Origin: a virus
Lineage: Duplodnaviria; Caudoviricetes
Virus record (IMG/VR): IMGVR_UViG_3300037961_003042
Span: 1-63,013 of that record
Length of the DNA: 63,013 nucleotides
Strand: one strand, 5' to 3'
How positions within the stretch are numbered: the stretch's first letter is position 1; each line of letters opens with the position of its first letter. Below are positions 1 to 11,400 of this stretch, one piece after another. Below the pieces are notes generated by a model. The model saw only the letters and a program-made list of their open reading frames with translations, ran no database searches and was not told where the DNA came from. A program made the position numbers and the translations under genes.

Positions 1-1829
1 GTACTTAATGGTAGATGTAAAAATTGATATAAACCCAGTGGGGTTTCCGGATTTATTTGTTTCTGATAGTGAAAAAGATACGGTAGAGTACGGACTACAA
101 ATCGGACAAGCAATTCAATACGAGTGGTTTCGTAAAGACAGTAGTACGTGTAGGTTTTATTCTCAGTGGAGAGATTATCACCGATTAAGACTGTATGCCA
201 GAGGTGAACAATCAGTTCAAAAATATAAAAATGAATTAGCAATAGACGGTGATTTAAGTTATTTAAACTTAGATTGGACGCCTGTTCCTATAATTCCAAA
301 GTTTGTAGACATAGTGGTTAATGGTATGTCTGATAGATTATTTAAGGTTCAGGCATATGCACAAGACGCTTTGTCTGCAGAAAATAGATCTTCATTTCAG
401 GACATGATAGAGGCAGACATGGTTGCTAAACCAATTCTTACTCAAATACAAAAAGGCTTTGGTGTAAATCCTTTTGCCACAGATCCAGATGAGCTCCCTA
501 ACAATGATGAAGAGCTTGCTCTTTACATGCAGTTAAATTACAAACCCGGCATTGAGATAGCGGAAGAAGAAGCTATTAATACTTTGTTTGAAGAAAATCA
601 TTATTCTCATATTAGAAAAAGAGTAGACTACGATATTACTGTATTAGGTGTTGGTATTACCAAACAATATTTTTTACCAGGTGAGGGTGTTAAAATAGAT
701 TATGTTGATCCTGCAAACGTGGTATATAGCTACACAGAGGATCCGTATTTTAAAGATTGTTTTTATTGGGGTGAAATAAAAACTGTTCCAATGACAGAAT
801 TGCCTAAAATAGATCCAACCCTAACAAATGAAGATTTAGAAGAAATATCAAAGTATAGTCAGGCGTGGTACGATTATTATAATGTAGCGCAGTTTTATGA
901 AAACAGTATTTTTTACAGAGACACTGCTACGCTGTTGTACTTTAATTATAAAACCACAAACTCAATTGTATATAAGAAAAAGAAATTAGATGGCGGTGGC
1001 GCTAGAGTAATTGAAAAAGACGATCAGTTTAATCCACCGGAAGAAATGATGGAGGAAGGAAACTTTGAAAAGGTTGAAAAGAAAATAGATGTATGGTATG
1101 AAGGTGTTATGGTGATGGGTACAAATATAATGCTTCAGTGGAAGAAAATGGAAAATATGGTTAGACCTCAGTCTGCTTCTCAGCATGCGATGCCTAACTA
1201 TATTGCCTGTGCCCCTAGAATGTATAAAGGTGTAATTGAATCATTAGTAAGAAGAATGATTACGTTTGCAGACTTGATACAAATGACACACTTAAAACTA
1301 CAACAAGTTATTGCAAGGACAGTGCCTGACGGTGTGTTTATAGATGCCGATGGATTAAATGAAGTTGATTTAGGAACTGGAAACGCATACAACCCTGAAG
1401 ACGCTTTGAGATTATATTTTCAAACCGGTAGTGTGGTAGGTAGAAGTTACACTCAAGATGGAGAGTTTAACAACGCAAGAGTACCTATCCAGCAACTTAC
1501 TTCAAGCAGTGGACAGGGTAAAATTAATAGTTTAGTGGGCACTTATAATCATTACATGGATATGCTTAGAAGTGTAACAGGATTAAATGAAGCCAGAGAT
1601 GGAACCAAACCAGATCCATATGCACTAGTAGGTGTTCAAAAGCTCGCAGCTTTAAACTCAAACACTGCTACACGCCACATCTTACAAGGAAGTCTTTATA
1701 TTACACAAACACTAGCAGAAGCTTTATCTATTAGAATTGCTGATATATTAGAGTATGCTGATTTCAAAGAAGAATTTAAAATGCAAATTGGCAAATACAA
1801 CGTAGGCATACTTGAGGAAATAAAAGACT
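1..1829 (+). repeat. Imperfect terminal direct repeat, left copy
   Basis: Colinear with 61185-63013 at a constant offset of 61184. The first 81 nt are identical, followed by frequent, mostly synonymous substitutions. Confidence 0.95.
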
Positions 1830-2443
1830 TATATATGTATGACTTTGGGATTTTTATAGAGGTCGCTCCAGATGAAGAGGAAAAAGCTCAGCTTGAACAA
1901 AACATACAAATGGCTTTATCTAAAAATGATATTAACCTAGAGGATGCAATTGATATTAGAGAGTTAAAAAATATTAAGCTAGCTAATCAGTTATTAAAAG
2001 TAAAAAGACAAAAGAAACAAGAAAAAGATCAACAGTTTGCAATGACGCAAAAACAAATGGACGCTCAAACAAAAATGCAAGTACAGCAAATGCAATCTGA
2101 ACAAGAGATGAGAAAAATTCAAATGGAGGCTCAAGTTCAAATGCAAGCCAAACAAGCGGAAGTGGCTTTCGATATTGAGAGATTGAAAAACGAAGCCATG
2201 TTAAAACGTGAGTTAATGCAAGTAGAGTTTGATTTTAATATGCAGCTTAAAGGAAGAGAGGAACAAGCTATTAATAAAAGAGAAAAAGAAAGAGAAAAAG
2301 CTAAAAACAAACGCATTAGTCAGGCAAACACTGAGCAATCTCAGCTCATACAACAACGAAAAAACAACCTACCTCCGATTAGCTTTGAATCCAACGAGGA
2401 CACACTAGATGGTTTTGATTTAGCGGAATTTGAGCCAAGATAA
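8..2443 (+). CDS. Portal protein
   Basis: 811 aa. Translationally coupled (TAATG) downstream of the large terminase via the terminal repeat, and upstream of scaffold/capsid genes. Long C-terminal coiled-coil (QQMQSEQEMRKIQMEAQ) as in podoviral barrel-bearing portals. Confidence 0.85.
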   Translation: MVDVKIDINPVGFPDLFVSDSEKDTVEYGLQIGQAIQYEWFRKDSSTCRFYSQWRDYHRLRLYARGEQSVQKYKNELAIDGDLSYLNLDWTPVPIIPKFVDIVVNGMSDRLFKVQAYAQDALSAENRSSFQDMIEADMVAKPILTQIQKGFGVNPFATDPDELPNNDEELALYMQLNYKPGIEIAEEEAINTLFEENHYSHIRKRVDYDITVLGVGITKQYFLPGEGVKIDYVDPANVVYSYTEDPYFKDCFYWGEIKTVPMTELPKIDPTLTNEDLEEISKYSQAWYDYYNVAQFYENSIFYRDTATLLYFNYKTTNSIVYKKKKLDGGGARVIEKDDQFNPPEEMMEEGNFEKVEKKIDVWYEGVMVMGTNIMLQWKKMENMVRPQSASQHAMPNYIACAPRMYKGVIESLVRRMITFADLIQMTHLKLQQVIARTVPDGVFIDADGLNEVDLGTGNAYNPEDALRLYFQTGSVVGRSYTQDGEFNNARVPIQQLTSSSGQGKINSLVGTYNHYMDMLRSVTGLNEARDGTKPDPYALVGVQKLAALNSNTATRHILQGSLYITQTLAEALSIRIADILEYADFKEEFKMQIGKYNVGILEEIKDLYMYDFGIFIEVAPDEEEKAQLEQNIQMALSKNDINLEDAIDIRELKNIKLANQLLKVKRQKKQEKDQQFAMTQKQMDAQTKMQVQQMQSEQEMRKIQMEAQVQMQAKQAEVAFDIERLKNEAMLKRELMQVEFDFNMQLKGREEQAINKREKEREKAKNKRISQANTEQSQLIQQRKNNLPPISFESNEDTLDGFDLAEFEPR

Positions 2444-2988
2444 TGTTTGAAGATTTTAATATTGAAAAATACAAGCAAATTTCTTTTCCTAAAGATAATT
2501 CTTTGAGAACATTGGGTGAAATAAAAAAATTAAAATTAATGCCATTAAACAAAATTTTGCCATTTAAATATGATGATATAACAAATGTTTTTCAAAATAT
2601 TTTTTCATATAGAGTAGAATCTTTTCCTTACAAGGTGGTAGAAAAATTAATAAATGAATCCGAGCCTGTAATCAAAAAAATTAAAAATTATCACAATAGG
2701 CCAAGGCCTAATGTAAATGCAAAAAAATTTAAAATAGATTTGGATTACTTGAAAATGAAAAGCGCTCAAACTCCAGCTTTTCCATCCGGACACTCGGCGC
2801 AATCAAAATTAGTGGCGTTAGCATTAACAGACATGTATCCTCATTTAAAAAAACATTTTGATAAAGCCGCTGAAAATATATCTAATAGCAGGATAGTTGC
2901 AAGAGTGCATTATGAATCAGATAAAATAGCTGGAGAAAAACTAGGACAAGATCTTTATAACCATATAAAGCATCTTAAATATATTTAG
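2443..2988 (+). CDS. PAP2-superfamily phosphatase / vanadium-haloperoxidase-like protein
   Basis: All three PAP2 motifs: KNYHNRPRP (Kx6RP), PAFPSGH, SRIVARVHYESD (SRx5Hx3D). No signal peptide or TM segment. Confidence 0.85.
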   Translation: MFEDFNIEKYKQISFPKDNSLRTLGEIKKLKLMPLNKILPFKYDDITNVFQNIFSYRVESFPYKVVEKLINESEPVIKKIKNYHNRPRPNVNAKKFKIDLDYLKMKSAQTPAFPSGHSAQSKLVALALTDMYPHLKKHFDKAAENISNSRIVARVHYESDKIAGEKLGQDLYNHIKHLKYI

Positions 2989-2998
2989 AATAATTGTT

Positions 2999-3006
2999 TA
3001 ACTTTG
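2999..3006 (+). promoter_or_regulatory. Bacteroidetes-type -7 promoter element (TAACTTTG)
   Basis: Matches TAnnTTTG; intergenic, 17 nt before the scaffold ATG. Confidence 0.6.
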
Positions 3007-3022
3007 TAAAAAATTAAATCAA

Positions 3023-4186
3023 ATGGAAATTAAAGTAAGAGATTTAGGTGAATTAGAATCTAAGTCAACCCAAGAAATTGAAAAAGAACTGCTTGAGAAA
3101 CACGAAGCCCAACAAGAAGCCGTGGATAATCCAGAGCCAAAAGATGAGGTGGAGCGTGTAAATCTTCAAGAAGCTCCGGCAGAAGAAGAAAAAGTAGTAG
3201 AAGAAAAAATAGTAGAAGAACCTGTTGTAGAAACCCCAGAGGCTACTACTCCAGAAATGTCAGAAAATGACGTTCTTTCTTATATTGAAAAAAAATATGG
3301 TGAAGAAGTATCTTCACTAGATGATTTCATTGATAAGCGAAACACAGCGGATGAACTTCCGGAAGATGTAAAAGCTTACTTTGAATACAAAAAAGAAACA
3401 GGGAGAAGTATAAATGATTTTGCAAAATTACAGCAAGATTATGATTCTATGAACCCTGATTCTTTAATTGCTAGTTATTATTCTGCAACCGAAGAAGGTT
3501 TAGATTCAGAAGATATTCAATATTTGATGGATGATAAATTTGGTTTTGATGAAGATTTGGATGATGAAAAAGAAAAAAAGAAAAAACAATTAGCAAAAAA
3601 AAGAGAACTATCTAAGGCTAAGAAATACTTTAAGGAGCAGAAAGAAAAATACAAGCTACCTCTTGAGTCAAGAGAAGCTGTTTCTGAAAGCGATAAAAAG
3701 GAAATCGAAGCATATAGAAAGTACATAGAGGACAATGCTGCATATGAAAAAGATGCGGCAATTAAGCTACAGTGGTTTAAAAAAGAAACTAATAAAGTCT
3801 TTAATAAAGATTTCAAAGGTTTTGAGTTTGTTATTAACGATAAGAAAATTTCTTATTTACCTGGATCTGTAGAGGATGTTAAATTAAGTCAGGCATCTAT
3901 TGACAACTTTATCCAAAGATATGTTGACGATAAAGGAATGGCCAAAAACATCCCTCAGTATCATAGGGCTTTATCTATGGCAATGAATCCTGATAAGTAT
4001 GCCAAGTTTTTTTATGAGCAAGGCAAGGCTGATGCAGTAGAAAATATATCCAAAAAAACTAAAAATATAAATATGGATGTAAGGTCTACGCCTCAAGTCA
4101 CAACAAAATCTGGATTTAAAGTAAGGTCTTTGAATCAAGACTCAGGTCGAGGTTTAAAGATTAGAAGTATAAAAAAGAGTAATTAA
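3023..4186 (+). CDS. Putative capsid scaffolding/assembly protein
   Basis: Very acidic, helical, low-complexity N-terminus and basic C-terminal tail; lies between portal and capsid. Confidence 0.6.
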   Translation: MEIKVRDLGELESKSTQEIEKELLEKHEAQQEAVDNPEPKDEVERVNLQEAPAEEEKVVEEKIVEEPVVETPEATTPEMSENDVLSYIEKKYGEEVSSLDDFIDKRNTADELPEDVKAYFEYKKETGRSINDFAKLQQDYDSMNPDSLIASYYSATEEGLDSEDIQYLMDDKFGFDEDLDDEKEKKKKQLAKKRELSKAKKYFKEQKEKYKLPLESREAVSESDKKEIEAYRKYIEDNAAYEKDAAIKLQWFKKETNKVFNKDFKGFEFVINDKKISYLPGSVEDVKLSQASIDNFIQRYVDDKGMAKNIPQYHRALSMAMNPDKYAKFFYEQGKADAVENISKKTKNINMDVRSTPQVTTKSGFKVRSLNQDSGRGLKIRSIKKSN

Positions 4187-4208
4187 TAACAATTAAAAAT
4201 TTAAAATT

Positions 4209-5639
4209 ATGCCAGGTTCAGTTCAGGCCGCTCCTACATTTGCTTTACAGCCAAGTGCAGAAAGAGTAGCCGTTCAGTCAAACTACATAACTAACTTTAA
4301 CTTCTTAAATCAGTATCTACCTGATACTTATGAAAAGGAGTTTGAGAGATACGGGAACAGAACAGTAGCATCATTCTTAAGAATGGTAGGCGCTGAAATG
4401 CCTTCTAACTCTGACCTTATTAAATGGGCGGAGCAAGGAAGATTACACACTAAATACACTAACGTAACTTCAGGTGCAGCAGCAGCTCAAGATACAGCTA
4501 CATTAACTATCAATGACGTACTTGTACCAGGTACAGGCGGCATTGCTATTAGAGTAGGTCAAACATTCATGTTATCTGACAGCTCTATTGGTTCTACTAA
4601 CAGTAACAAAGGTATCGTTACTGATGTAAACTATGCAGCTGGTACTATTGACGTTGCATATTACGAAGCTGGTGGTCAGACAATGGCTGCGGGTGTACAG
4701 TGTTCATTATTTATTTATGGTTCTGAATTCCAAAAAGGTTCAGTTGCTATGGCAAATTCATTAGAAGCTGACGACGTTATCTTCCAGAATAGCCCAATCA
4801 TTATCAAAGATCTTTACGAAGTATCTGGTTCTGATATGGCTCAGATTGGATGGATCGAAGTTACTACTGAAAACGGAGCAACAGGATACTTATGGTATTT
4901 AAAATCAGAGCATGAAACAAGATTAAGATTCGAGGATTACCTAGAAACAGCTATGGTGGAAGCAGTTCCAGCAGAAGCAGGTTCTGGTGTGGCAGCTATC
5001 GCAGCTGGTGTAGCATCAGGTACAGGTAACAAAGGATCTGAAGGATTGTTCTATGTATTAGGTCAAAGAGGAAATGTTTGGGGCGGTGGAATTCCAGCGG
5101 CTTTAGCAGACTTTGACGCTATCATTCAAAGATTAGATAAGCAAGGTGCTATCGAGGAAAATGTATTATTCTTAAACAGAGAATTTTCTTTTGACGTTGA
5201 TGACATGTTAGCTGCACAAAATTCATATGGTGCAGGTGGTAGCTCTTACGGATTATTTGATAATGACGAAGAGATGGCATTAAATTTAGGATTCTCTGGA
5301 TTCAGAAGAGGTTATGATTTCTACAAAACAGATTGGAAATACCTTAACGATCCTACTATGAGAGGTGATATTGTTGGAGGAAAAATCAATGGTGTACTTG
5401 TACCTGCTGGTTCTACCTCAGTATACGATCAAATCTTAGGTAAGAACGCTAAGAGACCATTCTTACACGTAAGATATAGAGCCTCTGAAACTGAAGATAG
5501 AAGATACAAAACATGGATTACTGGTTCTGCTGGTGGCGCTGCTACTTCAGGTACTGACGTAATGCAAGTTAACTTCTTATCAGAAAGAGCGCTTTGTACT
5601 TTAGGTGCAAACAACTTCTTCTTATTCCAAGATGCATAA
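4209..5639 (+). CDS. Major capsid protein
   Basis: 476 aa; position after scaffold; strongly biased high-expression codons (TTC, AAC, GCT); IKWAEQGRLH-type N-terminal motif; followed by a terminator-like hairpin. Confidence 0.85.
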   Translation: MPGSVQAAPTFALQPSAERVAVQSNYITNFNFLNQYLPDTYEKEFERYGNRTVASFLRMVGAEMPSNSDLIKWAEQGRLHTKYTNVTSGAAAAQDTATLTINDVLVPGTGGIAIRVGQTFMLSDSSIGSTNSNKGIVTDVNYAAGTIDVAYYEAGGQTMAAGVQCSLFIYGSEFQKGSVAMANSLEADDVIFQNSPIIIKDLYEVSGSDMAQIGWIEVTTENGATGYLWYLKSEHETRLRFEDYLETAMVEAVPAEAGSGVAAIAAGVASGTGNKGSEGLFYVLGQRGNVWGGGIPAALADFDAIIQRLDKQGAIEENVLFLNREFSFDVDDMLAAQNSYGAGGSSYGLFDNDEEMALNLGFSGFRRGYDFYKTDWKYLNDPTMRGDIVGGKINGVLVPAGSTSVYDQILGKNAKRPFLHVRYRASETEDRRYKTWITGSAGGAATSGTDVMQVNFLSERALCTLGANNFFLFQDA

Positions 5640-5653
5640 TAAGTAGTTTTATA

Positions 5654-5692
5654 ATATCAAGGGGGTGCAAGTCACCCCTAAGATATTTTTTA
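5654..5692 (+). terminator. Terminator-like hairpin after capsid gene
   Basis: GGGGTG-CAAGT-CACCCC stem followed by a T-rich tract. Confidence 0.5.
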
Positions 5693-5712
5693 TAAATTTT
5701 AAATTAAATCAA

Positions 5713-6465
5713 ATGAAAAAAAATAAAAAAGTATACGAGGATAAAGTATACAGACTTACCAGAGATGCAGCACCTCTTTCATATATGCTGTCATCAAAAC
5801 ACACAAAAAGAAAAGCCTTACTATATTTCGATGAAGACACAGGAATCAATAGAGCTTTACGGTATGCTAGAAATCAAAAATCAATCTTTGAAGATGAGCA
5901 GGATGGTAACGCAATATTAGAACCTATTATATTTGAAGAAGGAATGTTGAGAGTTCCAAGGCAAAATCAAATTTTACAAGAATTTTTAAAACTTCACCCA
6001 GGCAACGGTAATGTTTTTTATGAGGTAAACAATGAAAAAGATGCTTCAAAAGACATGGAAGTCATGAACTTTGAATTAGAGGCGCAGATAGCTGCACGCG
6101 ATTTAAGCCTCTCTAAGCTCGAAAGTATTTCCAGGGTAGTGTTAGGTGTGCGCGCAGATAAAATGACCACAGCAGAGCTTAAAAGAGATATAATGGTATT
6201 TGCCAGAAGAGATCCTCAAGAGTTTTTGGATTTAATCAATGATCCTATGGTTGAATTACAGGATGAGGTGGTTAAAATGTTTAGCGCTACTTTGCTTCAA
6301 ATGAGAAACAAAAATAGAGATGTGTATTTTAATTTGAAGAAAAACAGAACTAAAATGCTTACAGTCCCTCATGGTGAAGAGCCATCTTACATTGTGGCTT
6401 CTTATTTTCAAACAGACGAAGGTGTTGAGTCTTACAAGCTGTTAAAGAAAATGCTAGATAAATAA
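5713..6465 (+). CDS. Conserved virion/assembly protein downstream of capsid
   Basis: ATG at 5713 preferred: it is preceded by AAATTAAATCAA, the same context as the scaffold start. Position in the structural operon. Confidence 0.6.
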   Translation: MKKNKKVYEDKVYRLTRDAAPLSYMLSSKHTKRKALLYFDEDTGINRALRYARNQKSIFEDEQDGNAILEPIIFEEGMLRVPRQNQILQEFLKLHPGNGNVFYEVNNEKDASKDMEVMNFELEAQIAARDLSLSKLESISRVVLGVRADKMTTAELKRDIMVFARRDPQEFLDLINDPMVELQDEVVKMFSATLLQMRNKNRDVYFNLKKNRTKMLTVPHGEEPSYIVASYFQTDEGVESYKLLKKMLDK

Positions 6466-6507
6466 AGGGCTATAACCTCGAATAAATCAAAAGGTATTTT
6501 TTTTATG

Positions 6508-6515
6508 TATCTTTG
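6508..6515 (+). promoter_or_regulatory. -7 promoter element (TATCTTTG)
   Basis: TAnnTTTG consensus, intergenic before 6533. Confidence 0.6.
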
Positions 6516-6532
6516 TATAAACACAAGATACG

Positions 6533-7480
6533 ATGATAAACGAAGTACGAAATGCGGTAATGGCTGTAATAAATAAAAACAACTATGGGTATATTTCCCC
6601 TAGTGATTTTAATTTATTTGCAGAGCAAGCGCAACTTGATATATTCGAGGATTATTTTTATTTATATAATAATCAGCTAAATGCTGAAGTTGTTCGTAAA
6701 TCTGGAACCGGCTATGCTAATATTACAAAAGGTATTGTCGAGGTAATTGATAGTTTTTCAGTAAATACTTTTTTAACTCAAGTAAATGCTAACACATATA
6801 GATTGCCTTCGGATTATTATTTAGTAGATAAAATATTTTACTACTCAAACTTATTAGACTCCGGAACAGCTACAGCTACTAGTGGTTCTTTATTGATTGA
6901 AGCAGGGCAAAATTTTTTAACTACCGTCACCCCTGGAAGTTTAGTAGTCAATACTACTATTTCACTACAAGCATTTGTGGTGTCTGTAGATAGTGATACT
7001 CAGTTAACTTTAAGTCAGCCTCTAATTGCAGCTGGACAAAACTATTCTATATATTCTAATACACATATTAGAGAGGTGGAAAGAGTAACACAAAACAAAA
7101 TATTTTACCTAACCAACTCTAACATTGCTGCTCCCAATACTATGTTCCCAGCATATGTATTAGATAGCGCGACTGGAACGGCATTAGGGAATACAGTTAC
7201 CGTTTACCCTACGACTATCACTGGAGCAGCCGATATACACGCCCAATATGTAAGGTATCCATTAACTCCAAAATGGACATTCAATACATTGGCGGGAGGA
7301 GAGCCTGTATTTAATGCGTCAGCAGCCGATTATCAAGATTTTGAATTACCCGTTTCAGACATGAATGGGCTAGTAAATAAAATATTACAGTACGCTGGCG
7401 TATCAGTAAGAGAAAATGATGTGGCTAAATTTGGACAATCCTTAGAAGCAGAAGATAGATTAACAGAAACTACAAGATAA
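6533..7480 (+). CDS. Tail ring / head-tail adaptor protein
   Basis: INKNNYGYISPSDFNLFAEQAQ N-terminus and YVRYPLTPKW...DFELP as in ring proteins of crAss-like podoviruses; contains a small beta-rich insertion (DSGTATATSG...QNYSIY). Confidence 0.6.
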   Translation: MINEVRNAVMAVINKNNYGYISPSDFNLFAEQAQLDIFEDYFYLYNNQLNAEVVRKSGTGYANITKGIVEVIDSFSVNTFLTQVNANTYRLPSDYYLVDKIFYYSNLLDSGTATATSGSLLIEAGQNFLTTVTPGSLVVNTTISLQAFVVSVDSDTQLTLSQPLIAAGQNYSIYSNTHIREVERVTQNKIFYLTNSNIAAPNTMFPAYVLDSATGTALGNTVTVYPTTITGAADIHAQYVRYPLTPKWTFNTLAGGEPVFNASAADYQDFELPVSDMNGLVNKILQYAGVSVRENDVAKFGQSLEAEDRLTETTR

Positions 7481-7484
7481 GATT

Positions 7485-8405
7485 ATGGCATACTTAACAG
7501 GTTATCAATATTACGAAAATTCAGGAAATATTCCGGAAGATGCAAACTGGGGTAGCTATCAATATGTTTCATTAGAAGATATAGTAAATAACTTTATGCT
7601 TATTTACAATGACAATCTGCAGTTAATAAACAATGTTAATAGATACCAGGTTCTATTCTTTGCTAAACGCGCTATACAAGAATTAAATTATGATGCGTTT
7701 AAAGAAATTAAAGTTTTAGAGCTTGATGTTTGTGATAGATTAAGATATGTATTACCACCCGACTATGTAAACTATGTTAGAATTTCTATGTATAAAGACG
7801 GGTTATTATCACCCTTGAGTGAAAACATACAGGTGAATTCAGCAAAAAGTTATTTGCAAGCACATGATTGTAAAATTCTATTTGATATAAATGGTAATAT
7901 ATTGGAGGCAGAATACTCTGCTTTAGATAGACAAAGAATTGCGGGAACAAAAAAATCTATTTATCTTGGCGAAGGTCAGTATAATGGAAGAATGGGTTAT
8001 TGTGTAGATGGTTGCTGGTATTTTGATTATCAAATCGGCGCAAGATTTGGATTGAATACTGAAACCGCCAACATAAACCCTACGTTTAGAATTGATAAAA
8101 AAGCAGGAGTAATCAATTTTAGCTCTGGTATGGCAAATCAACTATGTGTGCTAGAGTATGTTTCTGATGGAATGGAGAATGGAAATGATGCTGCGGTTAG
8201 TGTAAACAAATTATTTGAAGATTATATTTACTCCTATATAAAATATGCAATTCTAAATTCAAGACTAGGAGTACAAGAGTTTATAGTAAATAGAGCGAGA
8301 AAAGACAAATCAGCGCTTCTAAGAAATGCAAAAATTCGCCTAAGCGACATACATCCAGGTAGGCTTTTAATGAATCTTAGAGGCCGAGCAAAGTGGATTA
8401 AATGA
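7485..8405 (+). CDS. Second tail ring/tubular protein
   Basis: AKRAIQEL...LPPDYVNYVRIS...VLEYVSDG pattern typical of adaptor/ring proteins; position before nozzle. Confidence 0.55.
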   Translation: MAYLTGYQYYENSGNIPEDANWGSYQYVSLEDIVNNFMLIYNDNLQLINNVNRYQVLFFAKRAIQELNYDAFKEIKVLELDVCDRLRYVLPPDYVNYVRISMYKDGLLSPLSENIQVNSAKSYLQAHDCKILFDINGNILEAEYSALDRQRIAGTKKSIYLGEGQYNGRMGYCVDGCWYFDYQIGARFGLNTETANINPTFRIDKKAGVINFSSGMANQLCVLEYVSDGMENGNDAAVSVNKLFEDYIYSYIKYAILNSRLGVQEFIVNRARKDKSALLRNAKIRLSDIHPGRLLMNLRGRAKWIK

Positions 8406-11400
8406 CAGTAATACAAACTAATTTTATTAAAGGCCGAATGAATAAGTCGGTTGACGAGAGGCTACTTCCACCTGGTGAATATGTAGATGCTCAAAACGTA
8501 CGCCTTGGCTCCACGGAAGATACAGAAATAGGATCTGTAGAAAATTCAAAGGGTAATTCAATGATAGCTGAATTAAGCTATGATGGAGTTGTTTTAGATC
8601 CAGCAAGCACTAAATGCATTGGCGTGCTAGAAGATGGTGCAAACAACACTATATATTGGTTTGTAAATGACTCTAACAATGCTCAATCTGCAACAGGAAA
8701 AGTTGATATGATTGTGTCTTTTGATACTATAAACAACAACATAGTATACCATGTTATATCTACAAGTATATTAAACTTTAACGCATCTTACCTAATAAAC
8801 GGTGTAAATAAAATAGATGACTTATTGTTTTTTACTGATAATTTAAACCCCCCAAGATGTATCAATGTAACTAGAACTTACCTACCACCAACCGCCCTTG
8901 ATGTAGATCAAATTACTGATGCAGAATTAAATGTTATAAAAGCACCGCCTAAAGCGGCGCCCACAATAAATTTACTTCAATCAGGGCAGGAAGAAAACTT
9001 TTTGGTAAAAAACATAATTAGCTTTGCCTATAGATACAGGTATTTAGATGATGAATATTCCGCCATATCACCGTTTAGCGAAATAGCTTTTACCCCTGGT
9101 TTTTTTAGTTTAAACTCTAGCGATTTATCAAATGCAGGAATGGAAAACACTTTTAACACTGCGGAAGTTACTTTCCAAACCGGAAGTAAATTGGTAAAAG
9201 AAATTGATTTGTTATTCAAATATGCAAACCAACCTGGTGTATATGTAATTGAAAAATTTAATAAAGGAATACTAGGGTGGTCTAACAATATAAATAGAAC
9301 AGAAGTATTTAGACATAATCAAATATACACGGCACTTAGCGATAATCAACTTACAAGGCTGTTTGACAATGTTCCTAGAACTGCAAAATCTCAAACCATT
9401 ATGGCTAATAGATTAATGTATGGAAATTATGTTGATGGCTATAATGTAAACAATCAATTAAACTACACTGTTACAAGAACATCAGAACTAATAAACCTAC
9501 AAGAGTTTACAGGGGTATTATCGAGCGGAGATTATACCATAGATATTAGCAAAACAATTAGTAATGCTGTGGCGACATTTGATTTTACAAGCATTGACAA
9601 CGCAGCTTCATTAAAACAAGATACCCAAATTGGATTTAAATTAAACTTTATTAGTGCTGATTTTGACGCTCCCGGTGGTGGAGCTCCTCCAGGTACTCCT
9701 AGTCAAACTTTAACAATCATATCGTTTACTATTACTTTAAATCAAGATTATAACAGTATATATGATGTTTTTAGTAGTACGTTTATTAATGAAAGATTTG
9801 GAACTCCTGCAACCATAGTTGGTTCACCAACTGTTCCATTTACTACAACAAGTCCTTGCACCGGAACCACATTAACAGATATATTAAATTGTGATATTAG
9901 CGATCAAGGTACATTTCAACATTCGTATTCTGGAATTGATGCTAGAGACGAACCAATTAAAATTACTACAACCCCTGCTAGCTCCTCTGTAAGTTTTCAA
10001 TTAGTCGCTGCTGAATTTGATGATTCAACGTCAGGCGCAGCAACAACAGACATGTATGGTTATTATAAATTTACCGCAGCGCAAGCAGACTATACCTCAA
10101 ATGGGAACAGAAAAAGTTTGCACAGTAACAGAAATTATGATGTAGGTATTGTGTATATGGACGAGTATGCAAGAAGCACTACAGCGCTAACCTCTGGAGG
10201 CAACACAATATACATGCCGCCATCCAGCTCTATAACTGCTAATTCTATAAAAGTAACCATACCTATAACCATGGTGCCACCACCATGGGCTAAAAAATAT
10301 AAGTTTGTTATTAAGAGAGGTGAAGAGTCTTACGAAACAATTTACTCTGTAATTGCTTTTGATGATGATGCCACCAATTCGGTATGGATTAGGTTAGAGG
10401 GCGATAATCAAGTTAAAACTAAACAAGGTGATTTCTTAATTGTAAAAGCAGATATAAACGGCCCATTAAACACAATAGTAAAATCAAAAGTTTTAGCTAT
10501 TGAGTCAAAAGAAAATAATTTTTTAACACCCGAGGCATCTACCTCAAGTGATCCTTTTATTTCTGAACCAGCTGGCTTGTATATGAATTTAAAACCACAA
10601 GGCTTTACCATTACAGATGATGTAAACGGATTTTTTGATAGCGGGCTTTCAACTGACAGAAGTAGTAAAAGAGGAGGGCCGGTTGCAAAACTTTATGTAA
10701 ATTTATTTAGAACTATAAGTGATGGTACTGGAACGGATCAATATGAAAATGTAAGTATACCCGAGGGCTCCTTAGTTAATTTTGCAATACGAATTAATAG
10801 AAACGCATCTGATGGCGGGTTTTTAGTAGGAAGCTCGAATCAAGCCACGTATGATTATAATAGAACGGTAGAAGCATCTCAAGATTATAACACTCTCTAT
10901 GAATTTGTTATTGGCGAAGGAATAGATTTTACAGAAGGAGTAGCCTCTGGAACAGTAACCCCCGGTAATAATTTCAGCACTACGATAGGAGATAGAGATT
11001 TAGCGCCTTTCTTTCCATCTACTGGAGTAACATCTGACAATGAATATAAGTTTTTTACCGTTGGATCGGCCACGCCAGGGACAGGATTGCAAGCGGCTAC
11101 CGATGCAGGCGCCAAAGTTTCTTTAGGAATTAAAAGTGCAACAGGGGGAGACAGCGGTCAAAGAACTACTATATCGGCACAAATAACTATAAATATCGGA
11201 AGCGCATCCTTAATATTAGAAACTGAACCTTTAAATTCTGATATAGATTTATATTATGAAAATGACGAAGTGTTTACTATAACAGGAGGGTTTCATTTAT
11301 CAGGCAGCAAAACAGGAGATCAAAATCAAACAGCAGTTCAACCGGGTATTGTAAACCTAGGATTTTTTGATTGTTTTGCTTTTGGGAACGGAGCTGAAAG

